DNA of 64,000 nucleotides from NCBI GenBank assembly GCA_002269645.1, contig NIVC01000140.1, forward strand, positions 186,001 to 250,000. Reading direction: 5' to 3'. Below, in pieces: positions 35,729-48,326 of the stretch. The notes under the pieces were generated by a model, which saw nothing but the letters and a program-made list of their open reading frames with translations, was not told the DNA's origin and ran no database searches. How positions within the stretch are numbered: the stretch's first letter is position 1; every line of letters starts with the position of its first letter. Both the position numbers and the translations under genes were made by a program. The DNA is from Macrostomum lignano (taxonomy: Eukaryota).

Positions 35729-38700
35729 ATGGCTAGCCAGATGTTTCAACTAGCAGCCTCGCTGCTCCTGTCTTTACTGATTGCTTCTGCCCTCCTGCCA
35801 GCCAGTGCTGAGGAAAAGAAGGCTGAGGATGCCAGCAAGAAGACTGAGAAGAAGGACATTGGTCCAGTGATTGGCATTGACCTGGGCACCACCTACTCCT
35901 GTGTGGGCATCTTCAAGAATGGCCGTGTGGAGATCCTGCCCAATGACCAGGGCAACCGCATCACGCCCAGCTATGTGGCCTTCACGCAGGACGGTGAGCG
36001 CCTGGTGGGCGATGCGGCCAAGAACCAGCTGACCACCAACCCGGAGAACACTGTCTTCGACGCCAAGCGCATCATTGGCCGCGTGTGGACCGACTCCTCC
36101 ATTCAGCACGACATCAAGTACTTCCCGTTCAAGGTAGCTTTGCTGGGCGAAAATACATCGGTTGGGGTTTTAGCTATGTGGGGTCACAGCCGATGGGGCA
36201 TTTCTGTCACTCTCCAACCGGTGCACATGTGTGTACAGCCACCCTGACACTTACATTGAGGGAGTCGGCCATCAGAGGCGCTAGGTTACACAAACGTTTG
36301 CAGATGAGGCACAGAGCTGGTTTGTTGTCTTTGATTTTGACACTCGGCCGTGAAATCGCAGGTGACCGAGAAGGACGGCAAGCCTTTCATCGGCGTGAAG
36401 GTCGGCGGCGAGAACAAAGAGTTCGCGCCCGAGGAGATCTCCGCCATGGTGCTGGGCAAGATGCGCGACATCGCCGAAAGTTACCTGGGCCGCAAGGTGG
36501 AGAACGCGGTGATCACCGTGCCCGCCTACTTCAACGATGCCCAGCGACAGGCCACGAAGAACGCTGGCACCATCGCCGGCCTCAACGTGCTGCGCATCAT
36601 CAACGAGCCCACGGCCGCCGCCATCGCCTACGGCCTCGACAAGAAGGAGGGCGGCGAGCGTCACATCCTCGTGTTCGACCTGGGCGGCGGCACCTTCGAT
36701 GTCTCTCTGCTGACCATCGACAACGGCGTGTTCGAGGTGATCGCCACCAACGGCGACACTCACCTGGGCGGCGAGGACTTCGACCAGCGCGTCATCCGCT
36801 ACTTTGTGGATCTGTACAAGAAGAAGACCGGCAAGGACTTGTCCAAGGACCAGCGCGCCATCCAGAAGCTGCGCCGCGAGGTCGAGAAGGCCAAGCGGGC
36901 GCTCAGCTCCGCCCACACCGCCCGCGTTGAGGTCGAGTCGCTGATCGACGGCGAGGACTTCAGCGAGTCGCTGACCCGCGCCAAGTTCGAGGAGCTCAAC
37001 GCTGACCTGTTCAAGTCAACCATCGTGCCAGTCAGCAAGGTGCTGAAGGACGCCAACCTGAAGAAGGAGGACATCACCGAGGTTGTGCTGGTCGGCGGCT
37101 CCACCCGCATCCCGAAGGTGCAGCAGCTGGTGAAGGACTACTTCAACGGCAAGGCGCCCCACACCGGCATCAACCCAGACGAGGCCATCGCCTATGGGGC
37201 CGCCGTCCAGGCCGGCGTGTTGGCAGGAGACGACAGCACCGGCGAATTCCTGCTGCTTGACGTCTGCCCGCTCACGCTGGGTCAGTTGGGGTAGCAGTGA
37301 AATCCCACTGGCCTGTTCCCCTTGGCCCTGCTAACCTCCCCACCTGCAGGCTTGGATGAGGATCTGTTTCCCCTCAGCCCTGTTACTCTATAAATGCGCC
37401 ACCCTTCCCCACCTGCAGGCATGGAGATCGAAGGCGGCGTCATGGCCAAGCTGATCAACCGCAACACGCCGATCCCCACCAAGAAGCGGGACATTTTCAC
37501 CACCGTGGATGACAACCAGGACACCGTGATGGTGGCCGTGTACGAGGGCGAGCGGGCCATGGCCTCCGACAATCACTTCCTGGGCCGCTTCGACCTCACC
37601 GGCATCCCGCCAGCTCCAAGGGGTGTCCCGCAGGTGGAGGTCACCTTTGAGATTGATGCCAACGGCATTCTGAAGGTGAGGCTGCCCGACTGAGCTGGTT
37701 TCAGCTATTCTCAGAGACCCTGTGAGATTGAGCAGTTCTCAGAGTTATCACACAGACCCTGTGAGATTGAGCAGTTCTCAGAGTTATCACACAGACCCTG
37801 TGAGATTGAGCAGTTCTCAGAGTTATCACACAGACCCTGTGAGATTGAGCAGTTCTCAGAGTTATCACACAGACCCTGTGAGATTGAGCAGTTCTCAGAG
37901 TTATCACACAGACCCTGTGAGATTGAGCAGTTCTCAGAGTTATCACACAGACCCTGTGAGATTGAGCAGTTCTCAGAGTTATCACACAGACCCTGTGAGA
38001 TTGAGCAGTTCTCAGAGTTATCACACAGACCCAAGTGTGAGATTCAGAGATTGAGCAGTTCTCAGAGTTAACTCCCAGACCCATTATTTGATTGATCTGT
38101 TTTCAGTGATACAACATATTTAAGAGTTAAACTCCAACCAGGCATACTCCTGGCATCTCAATCGTGAAACTTAACCAGAACTGCTTAGGCCTATTTTTCA
38201 CTAGCAATGTTTGACAATCGCGTGGCGAACACGCGCGCCCGTGTTTGATCAGATCAGAGCAGTGAGAGCCAAAGAAATCCGCATTGCTTTTCCCGTTAGC
38301 AGTAAACTCTTGGGGTTCGGACTGTGAGTCAACACATTTTCAGCACATGTGAGCACCCGGCGCTGCCGAGACTCAATGCTCGCGGGTTTTCAAAGTTGAA
38401 GTTGTAACTTTTCTTTTGAAATTGCCCCCCCCCATGGTCCTCTACACTGCATATGCTTGCCGTGCTGTGCTCAGCCACGGGCTGCTCAAACTGCTCATGC
38501 TGCCCCCCTTCACCCTGGCAGACTACTGCCAGTGAGGCGTCGGTGGGGAGGGCGAACTCCAATTGTGCATTGAACCAGCTGGCGGACAGGCTTGGGGGGC
38601 CTGGGGCTGCAGCTCGATGCAGTGCGACCTGCCCACAATGGGGGTGGCGTTGGCCCGCTGCTGAATCATGCTCTCGGCTGCCCCTGAACTGTAGCGAGCG

Positions 38701-41349
38701 GCAGCAGCCCGGCCTGCCATGACGCGCTGAGGGTGTGGAGGGGCTGTTGGACACGTGCAGAACAGGAGTCAGTCATGGCATTGTGCGGAGGAGGGCCCCG
38801 TGACATGTGCCGGCCTTAGGGGTATTAGCGCTCTTAGCCCTCTAAACTCATCGCTTCTCCTAAGTCCATGTTTATTAATACTCTGGTCGCCTATTTACAT
38901 TCGGTTTGAAAGAACTCTACTAGTGCCATTCTGCCAATGGCAATTCAGCTTATGGATGCTCCCGCTGCTGCGAATCAGTTTTATTTGAGTCCTTTGGGAT
39001 AAAACTACTCGAACTTTACTGCGGCTTCCCCCCCCCCCAGTTTGCGAGCTCGTCGCGAGTTTCTCTTTTTTAACGGAGTTCTCCTCCCTTTTCTCGCGCC
39101 GCTGAGCAGGGAGGGTTATGGAGTATCGGGATAATTATTGAGAGCCCGGGGCGGCCGGGAGAACTGGCAGCCACGTCAACCCTAAGTTTCAAATGCTTCG
39201 CTCACTCACTCCGTATCGCAGCCCGCCTGCACCTGCTCGCTCCAGCGGGCAGGCAAGCCTGACGTCAGCTTTCTACCCAATAAATTCACAAACTAACAAA
39301 CTAAATTTACGTGTTGCATAAGCTTGCGCTGTAGGTTTCTACTAGAGCGTCTCAACTGCACTACTCGTACAAGTAGAAAGCAATGTGAATAATGCGAAAA
39401 ACTCGATAAACTCTTCCAGGTTACTGCCGAGGACAAGGGCACCGGTAACAAGCAGCAGATCACCATCAAGAATGACCAGAGTCGCCTGAAACCGGAAGAG
39501 ATCGATAAGATGGTTAAGGATGCGGAGAAGTTTGCTGAACAGGATAAGCAGGTGCGTGGTGCCTCATGCTATGATTATGTGCTTTGCCTCCAGAGTTCAC
39601 TTTTCAGTGGGCAGGTGAATCAGAGCTCACATAGGAGAATCAGAGCTCACACAGGAGAATCAGAGCTCACACAGGTGAATCATAGCTCACACAGGAGAAT
39701 CAGAGCTCACACAGGAGAATCAGAGCTCACACAGGTGAATCATAGCTCACACAGGAGAATCAGAGCTCACACAGGAGAATCAGAGCTCACACAGGTGAAT
39801 CAGAGCTCACACAGGTGAATCATAGCTCACACAGGAGAATCAGAGCTCATACAGGAGAATCAGAGCTCACACAGGAGAATCAGAGCTCACACAGGTGAAT
39901 CACAGCTCACACAGGTGAATCAGAGCTCACATAGGAGAATCAGAGCTCAAACAGGAGAATCAGAGCTCACACAGGTGAATCAGAGCTCACACAGGAGAAT
40001 CAGAGCTCACACAGGAGAATCAGAGCTCACACAGGAAAATCAGAGCTCACACAGGAGAATCAGAGCTCACACAGGTGAATCAGAGCTCACACAGGAGAAT
40101 CAGAGCTCACACAGGTGAATCAGAGCTCACACAGGAGAATTAGAGCTCACACAGGAGAATCATAGCTCACATAGGAGAATCAGAGCTCACACAGGAGAAT
40201 CATAGCTCACATAGGAGAATCAGAGCTCACACAGGAGAATCAGAGCTCACACAGGAGAATCAGAGCTCACACAGGAGAATCAGAGCTCACCCAGGAGAAT
40301 CAGAGCTCACACAGGTGATTCAGAGCTCACACAGGAGAATCAGAGCTCACACAGGAGAATCAGAGCTCACACAGGAGAATCAGAGCTCACACAGATGAAT
40401 CAGAGCTCACACAGGAGAATCAGAGCTCACACAGGAGAATCATAGCTCACACAGGAGAATCAGAGCTCACACAGGAAAATCAGAGCTCACACAGGTGAAT
40501 CAGAGCTCACATAGGAGAATCAGAGCTCACACAGGTGAATCAGAGCTCACATAGGAGAATCAGAGCTAACACAGGTGAATCAGAGCTCACACAGGAGAAT
40601 CAGAGCTCACACAGGAGAATCAGAGCTCACACAGGTGAATCAGAGCTCACACAGGAGAATCAGAGCTCACACATGAGAATCAGAGCTCACACAGGAGAAT
40701 CAGAGCTCACACAGGTGAATCAGAGCTCACACAGGAGAATCATAGCTCACACAGGAGAATCAGAGCTCACACAGGAGAATTAGAGCTCACACAGGAGAAT
40801 CAGAGCTCACACAGGTGAATCAGAGCTCACACAGGAGAATCAGAGCTCACACAGGAGAATCAGAGTTCACACAGGTGAATCAGAGCTCACACAGGTGAAT
40901 CAGAGCTTACACAGGTGAATCAGAGCTCACACAGGTGAATCAGAGCTGACACAGGTGAATTGGCTGCACCCAGTCGCAGTTGCAGCATCCCCCACTAAGA
41001 AGCCATCTACCATCATCCGCAGATCCGGGAGAAGGTGGAGGCCCGCAGCGACCTGGAGTCCTATGTGTACTCAATGCGGCAGCAGCTGAAGGACAAGTCC
41101 AAGCTGGGCGGCAAGCTGTCCGATGCCGATCGCAAGGCGGCCGAGGACGCCGTGTCGAAGACTCTGGACTGGCTGGACAAGAACAAGGAGGCCAGCAAGG
41201 CCGACTTCGACACCCAGAAGCGGCAGCTGGAGGACGCGCTGTCCCCCATCGTGTCGAAGATCTACGAGACGGAGAAGGACCAGCGGCAGCCGCCTCCGCA
41301 CGGTCCGCGGACCGGGTCGCCGAAGCACGAGGACAAGGAGGAGCTGTGA
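35729..41349 (+). CDS. HSPA5: ER Hsp70 BiP/GRP78 (divergent), 5 exons, 679 aa, C-terminal KEEL
   Basis: Signal peptide, [62 protein letters not shown], and C-terminus HEDKEEL. Exons 35729-36133, 36362-37280, 37419-37675, 39420-39551, 41023-41349, total 2040 nt. Confidence 0.95.
37713..38068. repeat. 39-bp minisatellite in BiP intron 3
   Basis: CAGACCCTGTGAGATTGAGCAGTTCTCAGAGTTATCACA x about 9. Confidence 0.92.
39611..40959. repeat. 20-bp minisatellite in BiP intron 4 (ACAGG(T/A)GAATCAGAGCTCAC)
   Basis: About 67 copies; the T variants read CAG|GTGAAT. Confidence 0.95.
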
Positions 41350-41474
41350 GCGCAGGGGTTGTGACTCGGACACCGCCAAGCTGCTAAACTGCATATCGTA
41401 AAGCTTATCTAATTATCTTGCTGTCGTGCTCCGTTTGCAGTTGTTAGTGGAATTTCCCGCTTTCTCATTGCCGA

Positions 41475-42422
41475 ATCTCATCTGTTAGCGTGATTGTGAG
41501 CAGTCTTGAATTCTCACCTGTTAGCGTGATTGTGAGCAGTCTTGAATTCTCACCTGTTAGCGTGATTGTGAGCAGTCTTGAATTCTCATCTGTTAGCGTG
41601 ATTGTGAGCAGTCTTGAATTCTCATCTGTTAGCGTGATTGTGAGCAGTCTTGAACTCTCATCTGTTAGCGTGATTGTGAGCAGTCTTGAATTCTCATCTG
41701 TTAGCGTGATTGTGAGCAGTCTTGAACTCTCATCTGTTAGCGTGATTGTGAGCAGTCTTGAACTCTCATCTGTTAGCGTGATTGTGAGCAGTCTTGAATT
41801 CTCATCTGTTAGCGTGATTGTGAGCAGTCTTGAACTCTCATCTGTTAGCGTGATTGTGAGCAGTCTTGAACTCTCATCTGTTAGCGTGATTGTGAGCAGT
41901 CTTGAACTCTCATCTGTTAGCGTGATTGTGAGCAGTCTTGAATTCTCATCTGTTAGCGTGATTGTGAGCAGTCTTGAATTCTCATCTGTTAGCGTGATTG
42001 TGAGCAGTCTTGAACTCTCACCTGTTAGCGTGATTGTGAGCAGTCTTGAACTCTCATCTGTTAGCGTGATTGTGAGCAGTCTTGAACTCTCACCTGTTAG
42101 CGTGATTGTGAGCAGTCTTGAATTCTCATCTGTTAGCGTGATTGTGAGCAGTCTTGAATTCTCATCTGTTAGCGTGATTGTGAGCAGTCTTGAACTCTCA
42201 CCTGTTAGCGTGATTGTGAGCAGTCTTGAATTCTCATCTGTTAGCGTGATTGTGAGCAGTCTTGAATTCTCATCTGTTAGCGTGATTGTGAGCAGTCTTG
42301 AGTTCTCATCTGTTAGCGTGATTGTGAGCAGTCTTGAATTCTCATCTGTTAGCGTGATTGTGAGCAGTCTTGAGTTCTCATCTGTTAGCGTGATTGTGAG
42401 CAGTCTTGAACTCTCACCTGTC
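41475..42422. repeat. 33-bp minisatellite downstream of the BiP stop
   Basis: TCTCATCTGTTAGCGTGATTGTGAGCAGTCTTGAA-type unit, about 28 copies. Confidence 0.95.
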
Positions 42423-43227
42423 TGGCGGAACTCCACTACTGTACTTTCTGTTTCGTCCGATTTTCCGCGTTTTTTGTTCTAGCTCTGATGATTATAAAAT
42501 ACTCGTATCCTTATCTACTGCCAATGCCGTCACCGCCCCGTGTCAGTGCATTTTCTAGCCAGGATCAAACTATATAACAGTTGACTGTCGTGGCCCCAGT
42601 TAGTGTTGCAAAACGTGGGGGTCTGCCGTGCACCGCCGTGTCCGCTCGGCTCTCGTTAATCAAAAATTATGTTTACACTTTTCCCTCTCGGTGTCATTTT
42701 TTTCTTTACTTTTGGCTGTTTGGCGGTTTTACCTTTCTGATCACCCCGGCCTGCTCGCACCTGCCTGCCTGTCTGCGCGCTCCCGAACCCATTCCGCTGC
42801 AAGCCTTTGCGGCCTCGGACACTACGCCCGTAAAATATATTGAATAAACCGCAACTGCTAGCCGAATCTGATTTGATGGTCTTAAAATCTTGTGAATGCC
42901 AGCCTTTATCTGCCTAGTTATTTGGATATATGATACCGCCAGGCTCCATCTGGGTGCACTTCTGGGGGAATTAATGTACTCCTTTCAGCTTTCAGAGCGG
43001 CAAGCCATCTTCTTAGCTGTATAGTTTTGAGCGTGCACGAAACTTCTGAGTGCAGGAATACTTGAGATTTCACATAATTTGCCTTCAGGTGTCCTTGGAC
43101 TCTGCATGCTCCTTGATTGGGAGCTAGGAGAGGCCAGAGGCTTATTTAATGGACCTTATTCATGGTCCAGGCTAATTAGTTATTCATTGATGTACATAGG
43201 TGTGCATCAAAACAGCTATGTTTTGGT

Positions 43228-43464
43228 GCACACCTTGTTGAGTTTGAGCACACCTTGTTGAGTTTGAGCACACCTTGTTGAGTTTGAGCACACCTTGTTG
43301 AGTTTGAGCACACCTTGTTGAGTTTGAGCACACCTTGTTGAGTTTGAGCACACCTTGTTGAGTTTGAGCACACCTTGTTGAGTTTGAGCACACCTTGTTG
43401 AGTTTGAGCACACCTTGTTGAGTTTGAGCACACCTTGTTGAGTTTGAGCACACCTTGTTGAGTT
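43228..43464. repeat. 20-bp minisatellite (CACACCTTGTTGAGTTTGAG)
   Basis: About 12 perfect copies. Confidence 0.93.
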
Positions 43465-44407
43465 TCGCAAGTTTCTACAGAAGTTAGCAGCAATAAAAGG
43501 AAAATTGGCAAGCTAAATCTAGCTCGTAATTGCTCATGTTGAACCTCTGAGTCTTCTCTGCAGCCAATGTTGCATTAGCCTGCATGCAGCGGTTTGCTGC
43601 AAGCTCCCCTGCCAGAGCAGGCAAGCAGGAGAAGCGCGGAAATCTTGCGAGTTGCAGCTGAGACTGCGGCAGGCAGCTCGGCTTTCTCGTTCGTACAAAG
43701 GGAAGGCCTGAGAAATCGAACTGTGCGGGCTGGGATGCCCGGCTGAAGGCATCAACTTCAGCTGAGAAATTCGATTAGGAAAGCGGAGTCGATAGCCGCC
43801 GTTCGGAATTCCAGGAAGCCGCGGACAAGGCGGGACAAACTGATCCGGGAAGTCCGGCAACCGGAGCGGAGAGCTGCGTGTCCCCTGCTTGGGAGGCCAG
43901 AGGCTTATCGGCACGGCATCCTCGGAGACACGCAAGCAGCTCGCGTGGCAGCTGAGAGCTCTAGACGGAGCCAATTAGCGGGAAGTGGAGGCAGCTAATT
44001 AGGGGATCGCAGCCGCAAAATAGGAAAGCCTTTCCTACGAGTAGTGAGCTGCTGCCGTGTCTGCGGCCATGCCAAATCAAATTAGGAGTATCGGCGCCGG
44101 GCTACGTTGCATACGTAGATACGTTGCACTGCAGTCCACACTATAAGGCCTGCAGTCCACACTAAGACCCGACAGAGGTGCGATGGCGCTCCAATTCTAA
44201 GGACGTACGGAAGTACAGAATCACAAAATTCAGCACGGCATCAATATGCATCAATCAGCACGGCGTGCACAAAAGACCAGCAGCAGTTAAGAATCTGTCA
44301 CGATTGAGCGACGAAAATATTCATTTCCCAGCTGTAGGATTTTTTTATTAATGATATAATATTTCCTTTATACCATCTATATCTTTCAACTACTTATAGC
44401 AGTAGTA

Positions 44408-45601
44408 TCAGTGCATCCTGGAAATGGCGGCAGTCTCCATGATTCGCATGCGGGCCAGAGCGAGCGCGCAGCGGTCCTCCTTGTCCATGCGGTTGAACAC
44501 GGGATGGCGCTCGATCTGCTCCACGCTCCAGTCCATGAGGAGGCGCACGCAGGTCTGCTCCAGGCGCTGGCAGTTGTACATGCGCGCCAGCGCGTAACCG
44601 TCCATGGCCGAGGGCCGAAGGCTGTCCAGAAGCTTTGAGGAGGCCTGGCCTTGCGCCGGAACCTCCGAGGATGCATCGCCGCCCTCCGCATCGTCCTCGG
44701 TCGCCTCGCCGTCGTGCATGGCTGCAAAAGAATGGATTATGAGCTCTTCGGCAGTCTCCTTCAGGTGGTCGATCTGGTATTCTTCGGCCAGCGTCAGCAC
44801 CGAGGGCGCCTGCTGCAGGCTGAGCCGGTGCGGCGTGGCCGGGTGCATCAGACGTAGCAGCTCTTCAAGCTCGGCGGTCGACTTGCCCGGCAGCCGCAGC
44901 CGCCGCCGGCCGGCAGCGTCGTGGTCGTCGCAGCGGCTGAGCATGCGAGCGAAGACTGGCGACACCGCGGTGAGTAGGTCCGCCAGCGTCAGCAGCCGGC
45001 CATCGTCTGCGACCAGCACCAGGTTGCAGTCCGGGTGATGCCGCTCGTCGCTGAAGCCGGGCAGCGCCGGGAGACATTTAGGCGCCGCGCCCTCCAGGTA
45101 CACCTGACAGGCCTTGTCCGCGAAGTAGGGGTTCTCGGGCGGGAACCAGTCGCAGTGGACCAGGTCAAAGTCTACGAGGATCCGGTAGCGGTCCCTGTAG
45201 CTGGTGTCGTGCTGGATGAGGTCCCGGCGCACCCAGAACAGGGACACATCGCACTTGCTCCACACGCTCAGGCGGGAGTGAAACGCCAGCTCCTTCCAGC
45301 TGCTCTCCTTGCTGAGGTAGCGGCAGCGCAGCAGCAGGTGGGCCGCCTTCAGTGGGAACACCGTCTTCACCTTCAGATGAAAGAACCGCTTCTGGGCCTC
45401 CACCGAGCAGAACATGGAGCAAACCAGACTCTCTGAGGCGGAGCGCAATTCCCTTGCATCTGCATCATCGCTGGGAGCCGGAGTCAGGCAGAAGTCCACC
45501 AGGCGCTTCGGCGTGCACTTGTGCCCGTCGTCTGGGACGAAGAAATGCGTCTGCAGCGGCCGCAAGAAAGTCGTGGCCAGCCGTCCTTCCTGCTGACACA
45601 T
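44408..45601 (-). CDS. Intronless BTB/POZ-domain protein (possible MATH-like N-terminus and BACK-like C-terminus), about 397 aa from ATG at 45601
   Basis: DCNLVLVADDGRLL...LTAVSPVFARML...LPGKSTAELEELLRLMHP...VLTLAEEYQIDHLKETAE is a BTB signature. The ORF-track start at 45652 is a TTG; the first ATG is at 45601. The N-terminal domain assignment is weak. Confidence 0.82.
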   Translation of the reverse strand: MCQQEGRLATTFLRPLQTHFFVPDDGHKCTPKRLVDFCLTPAPSDDADARELRSASESLVCSMFCSVEAQKRFFHLKVKTVFPLKAAHLLLRCRYLSKESSWKELAFHSRLSVWSKCDVSLFWVRRDLIQHDTSYRDRYRILVDFDLVHCDWFPPENPYFADKACQVYLEGAAPKCLPALPGFSDERHHPDCNLVLVADDGRLLTLADLLTAVSPVFARMLSRCDDHDAAGRRRLRLPGKSTAELEELLRLMHPATPHRLSLQQAPSVLTLAEEYQIDHLKETAEELIIHSFAAMHDGEATEDDAEGGDASSEVPAQGQASSKLLDSLRPSAMDGYALARMYNCQRLEQTCVRLLMDWSVEQIERHPVFNRMDKEDRCALALARMRIMETAAISRMH

Positions 45602-46929
45602 GGCTGGCGGTTGGCGAGTGAGCTGTATGACCTGGCAGTGACCCGCTGGCAATGACTGCAGCGCAGGAACGCTGCTTTTCTTTGCGCTACACGAGGGTTG
45701 CTGGCCACTGGCCTGCGCTCAAGCTTGATTCCCTGTTTTATTTCTTCTCATCCTTCACTGGCTCCCCCGCCCTATCCAGGTTGGCTGGCCAGCGATCCAC
45801 AAATTCTGCCCTGCCTCTCCCTCCCTGCACCGCGGCCGCACCATTTGCGGTGCCGTCCAACTTTCACCCCGCCTAGTGCGAGGTCCCTCCTCCCGCGAAT
45901 CAATCTCTGCCCTAAGCTTTCCCACTCCGTGCTCCCTGTCATTCCAGCTCCACCTGCTCTCTCTTTCTCTGCGTGTCTCTATAGGCAGGTAATTCAGCCG
46001 CAGCTTCCGTGTCTCCACCCCGCCTCACGGCCTCCTGAGATGCCAATCAGGGGTATTGTTCAGCCCGCGTCCGGTCCGGCTCCCACGGACCAGCCCCGTC
46101 CGTGAGCCGCCTCACCGCCTACCCTGCACGCTTTTCCCTCCCCGACCCTCGCTCCCACCAGCCTGGTCCCACCGGCTCGCCACAGATCCCAATCCCAATC
46201 CAGATCCGCACTGCCGCAGAAATCCGTGCCCTCCTGTCCAGCCCGATGGGCCGCGCAGTGGATGTTGCTTAGGCGCATTCCAAATATCCCATTTAATGCC
46301 CGGCTCGATGCCCCATCAGGCCCCGTATCGGGCGCATCAATCAATCCGGCTGTAATTGCGGGCCCTGATGCGAGTGCTAAGCAAACACGAATAATTGAAT
46401 GCACTGCGGGCTGTCTGCGCGTGCGGTGACTCACGAAGCCTGCCGCGCCGATCCCACCCGAATCCCAGGTGCCGTCTGGGCTGGGCTTCATCCGTTGCTC
46501 TTTTGTCCTGGCTTTTAATCTTTTTCTGCAGCTAAGGAAGGATGGGAGGGCCTGCAGCTCGCGTACGATAATACTCGAGCTCGGGCAAAGCCGCGGGCTC
46601 CCTCGCCGGGCCAGCTGCATGGGAGTTCGAACAACAGCAATAAATTATCGTCTACTGCTCCGACCCGCTCGCTGTTGCAGGGATTTCTCCTCTCGCTCGG
46701 GCTGCAAATTGACCTCCGCATTTGGCTTGATCCTGCTGCATTCGGTCAGCAGTGGGAAGGCTGTGGCTGTGCAGGTGCAGGTCGTCACTGCCACCTTGCA
46801 GGGCAGCTGGGCCTGATATTCAACTGATTCAAACCAGAGCTTGCTAATGCAGGAAACTTTAGGCGTATGAAAACGAAAATATCATTTTTGAGGGCTGGTC
46901 ATTCAGAATTGAGGGTTTGGCGGGGCGGG

Positions 46930-47750
46930 AGAAACTGTTGACATACTTGCCAGAGCAGCCTGAGTCATTAGCGCAAGAGAAGCTGTTGACATACTTGCCA
47001 GAGCAGCCTGAGTCATTAGCGCAAGAGAAACTGTTGACATACTTGCCAGAGCAGCCTGAGTCATTAGCGCAAGAGAAGCTGTTGACATACTTGCCAGAGC
47101 AGCCTGAGTCATTAGCGCAAGAGAAACTGTTGACATACTTGCCAGAGCAGCCTGAGTCATTAGCGCAAGAGAAGCTGTTGACATACTTGCCAGAGCAGCC
47201 TGAGTCATTTGCGCAAGAGAAGCTGTTGACATACTTGCCAGAGCAGCCTGAGTCATTAGCGCAAGAGAAGCTGTTGACATACTTGCCAGAGCAGCCTGAG
47301 TCATTAGCGCAAGAGAAGCTGTTGACATACTTGCCAGAGCAGCCTGAGTCATTAGCGCAAGAGAAGCTGTTGACATACTTGCCAGAGCAGCCTGAGTCAT
47401 TAGCGCAAGAGAAGCTGTTGACATACTTGCCAGAGCAGCCTGAGTCATTAGCGCAAGAGAAGCTGTTGACATACTTGCCAGAGCAGCCTGAGTCATTAGC
47501 GCAAGAGAAGCTGTTGACATACTTGCCAGAGCAGCCTGAGTCATTAGCGCAAGAGAAGCTGTTGACATACTTGCCAGAGCAGCCTGAGTCATTAGCGCAA
47601 GAGAAACTGTTGACATACTTGCCAGAGCAGCCTGAGTCATTTGCGCAAGAGAAGCTGTTGACATACTTGCCAGAGCAGCCTGAGTCATTAGCGCAAGAGA
47701 AACTGTTGACATACTTGCCAGAGCAGCCTGAGTCATTAGCGCAAGAGAAG
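46930..47750. repeat. 48-bp minisatellite
   Basis: GAGAAGCTGTTGACATACTTGCCAGAGCAGCCTGAGTCATTAGCGCAA x about 17. Confidence 0.95.
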
Positions 47751-47871
47751 CTTTATCCATTCTCTGAATCAATTCATTGAATAAGATGAAAATTTCTCAA
47801 ATTTTTGTTGGGCTGTCTCCAGGGCGACAGCGCACAGGGTGAGCAAGAGAGGCAGACATCAGTCTGTCGAA

Positions 47872-48326
47872 GGCAGCTCTGGGCACTGCCAAAACTCAAA
47901 GCTGCATCCCAACGCAACTCTGGGCACTGCCAAAACTCAAAGCTGCAACCCAACGCAGCTCTGGGCACTGCCAAAACTCAAAGCTGCAACCCAACGCAGC
48001 TCTGGGCACTGCCAAAACTCAAAGCTGCAACCCAACGCAGCTCTGGGCACTGCCAAAACTCAAAGCTGCAACCCAACGCAGCTCTGGGCACTGCCAAAAC
48101 TCAAAGCTGCAACCCAACGCAGCTCTGGGCACTGCCAAAACTCAAAGCTGCAACCCAACGCAGCTCTGGGCACTGCCAAAACTCAAAGCTGCAACCCAAC
48201 GCAGCTCTGGGCACTGCCAAAACTCAAAGCTGCAACCCAACGCAACTCTGGGCACTGCCAAAACTCAAAGCTGCAACCCAACGCAGCTCTGGGCACTGCC
48301 AAAACTCAAAGCTGCAACCCAACGCA
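47872..48326. repeat. 41-bp minisatellite
   Basis: GCAGCTCTGGGCACTGCCAAAACTCAAAGCTGCAACCCAAC x about 11. Confidence 0.94.
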
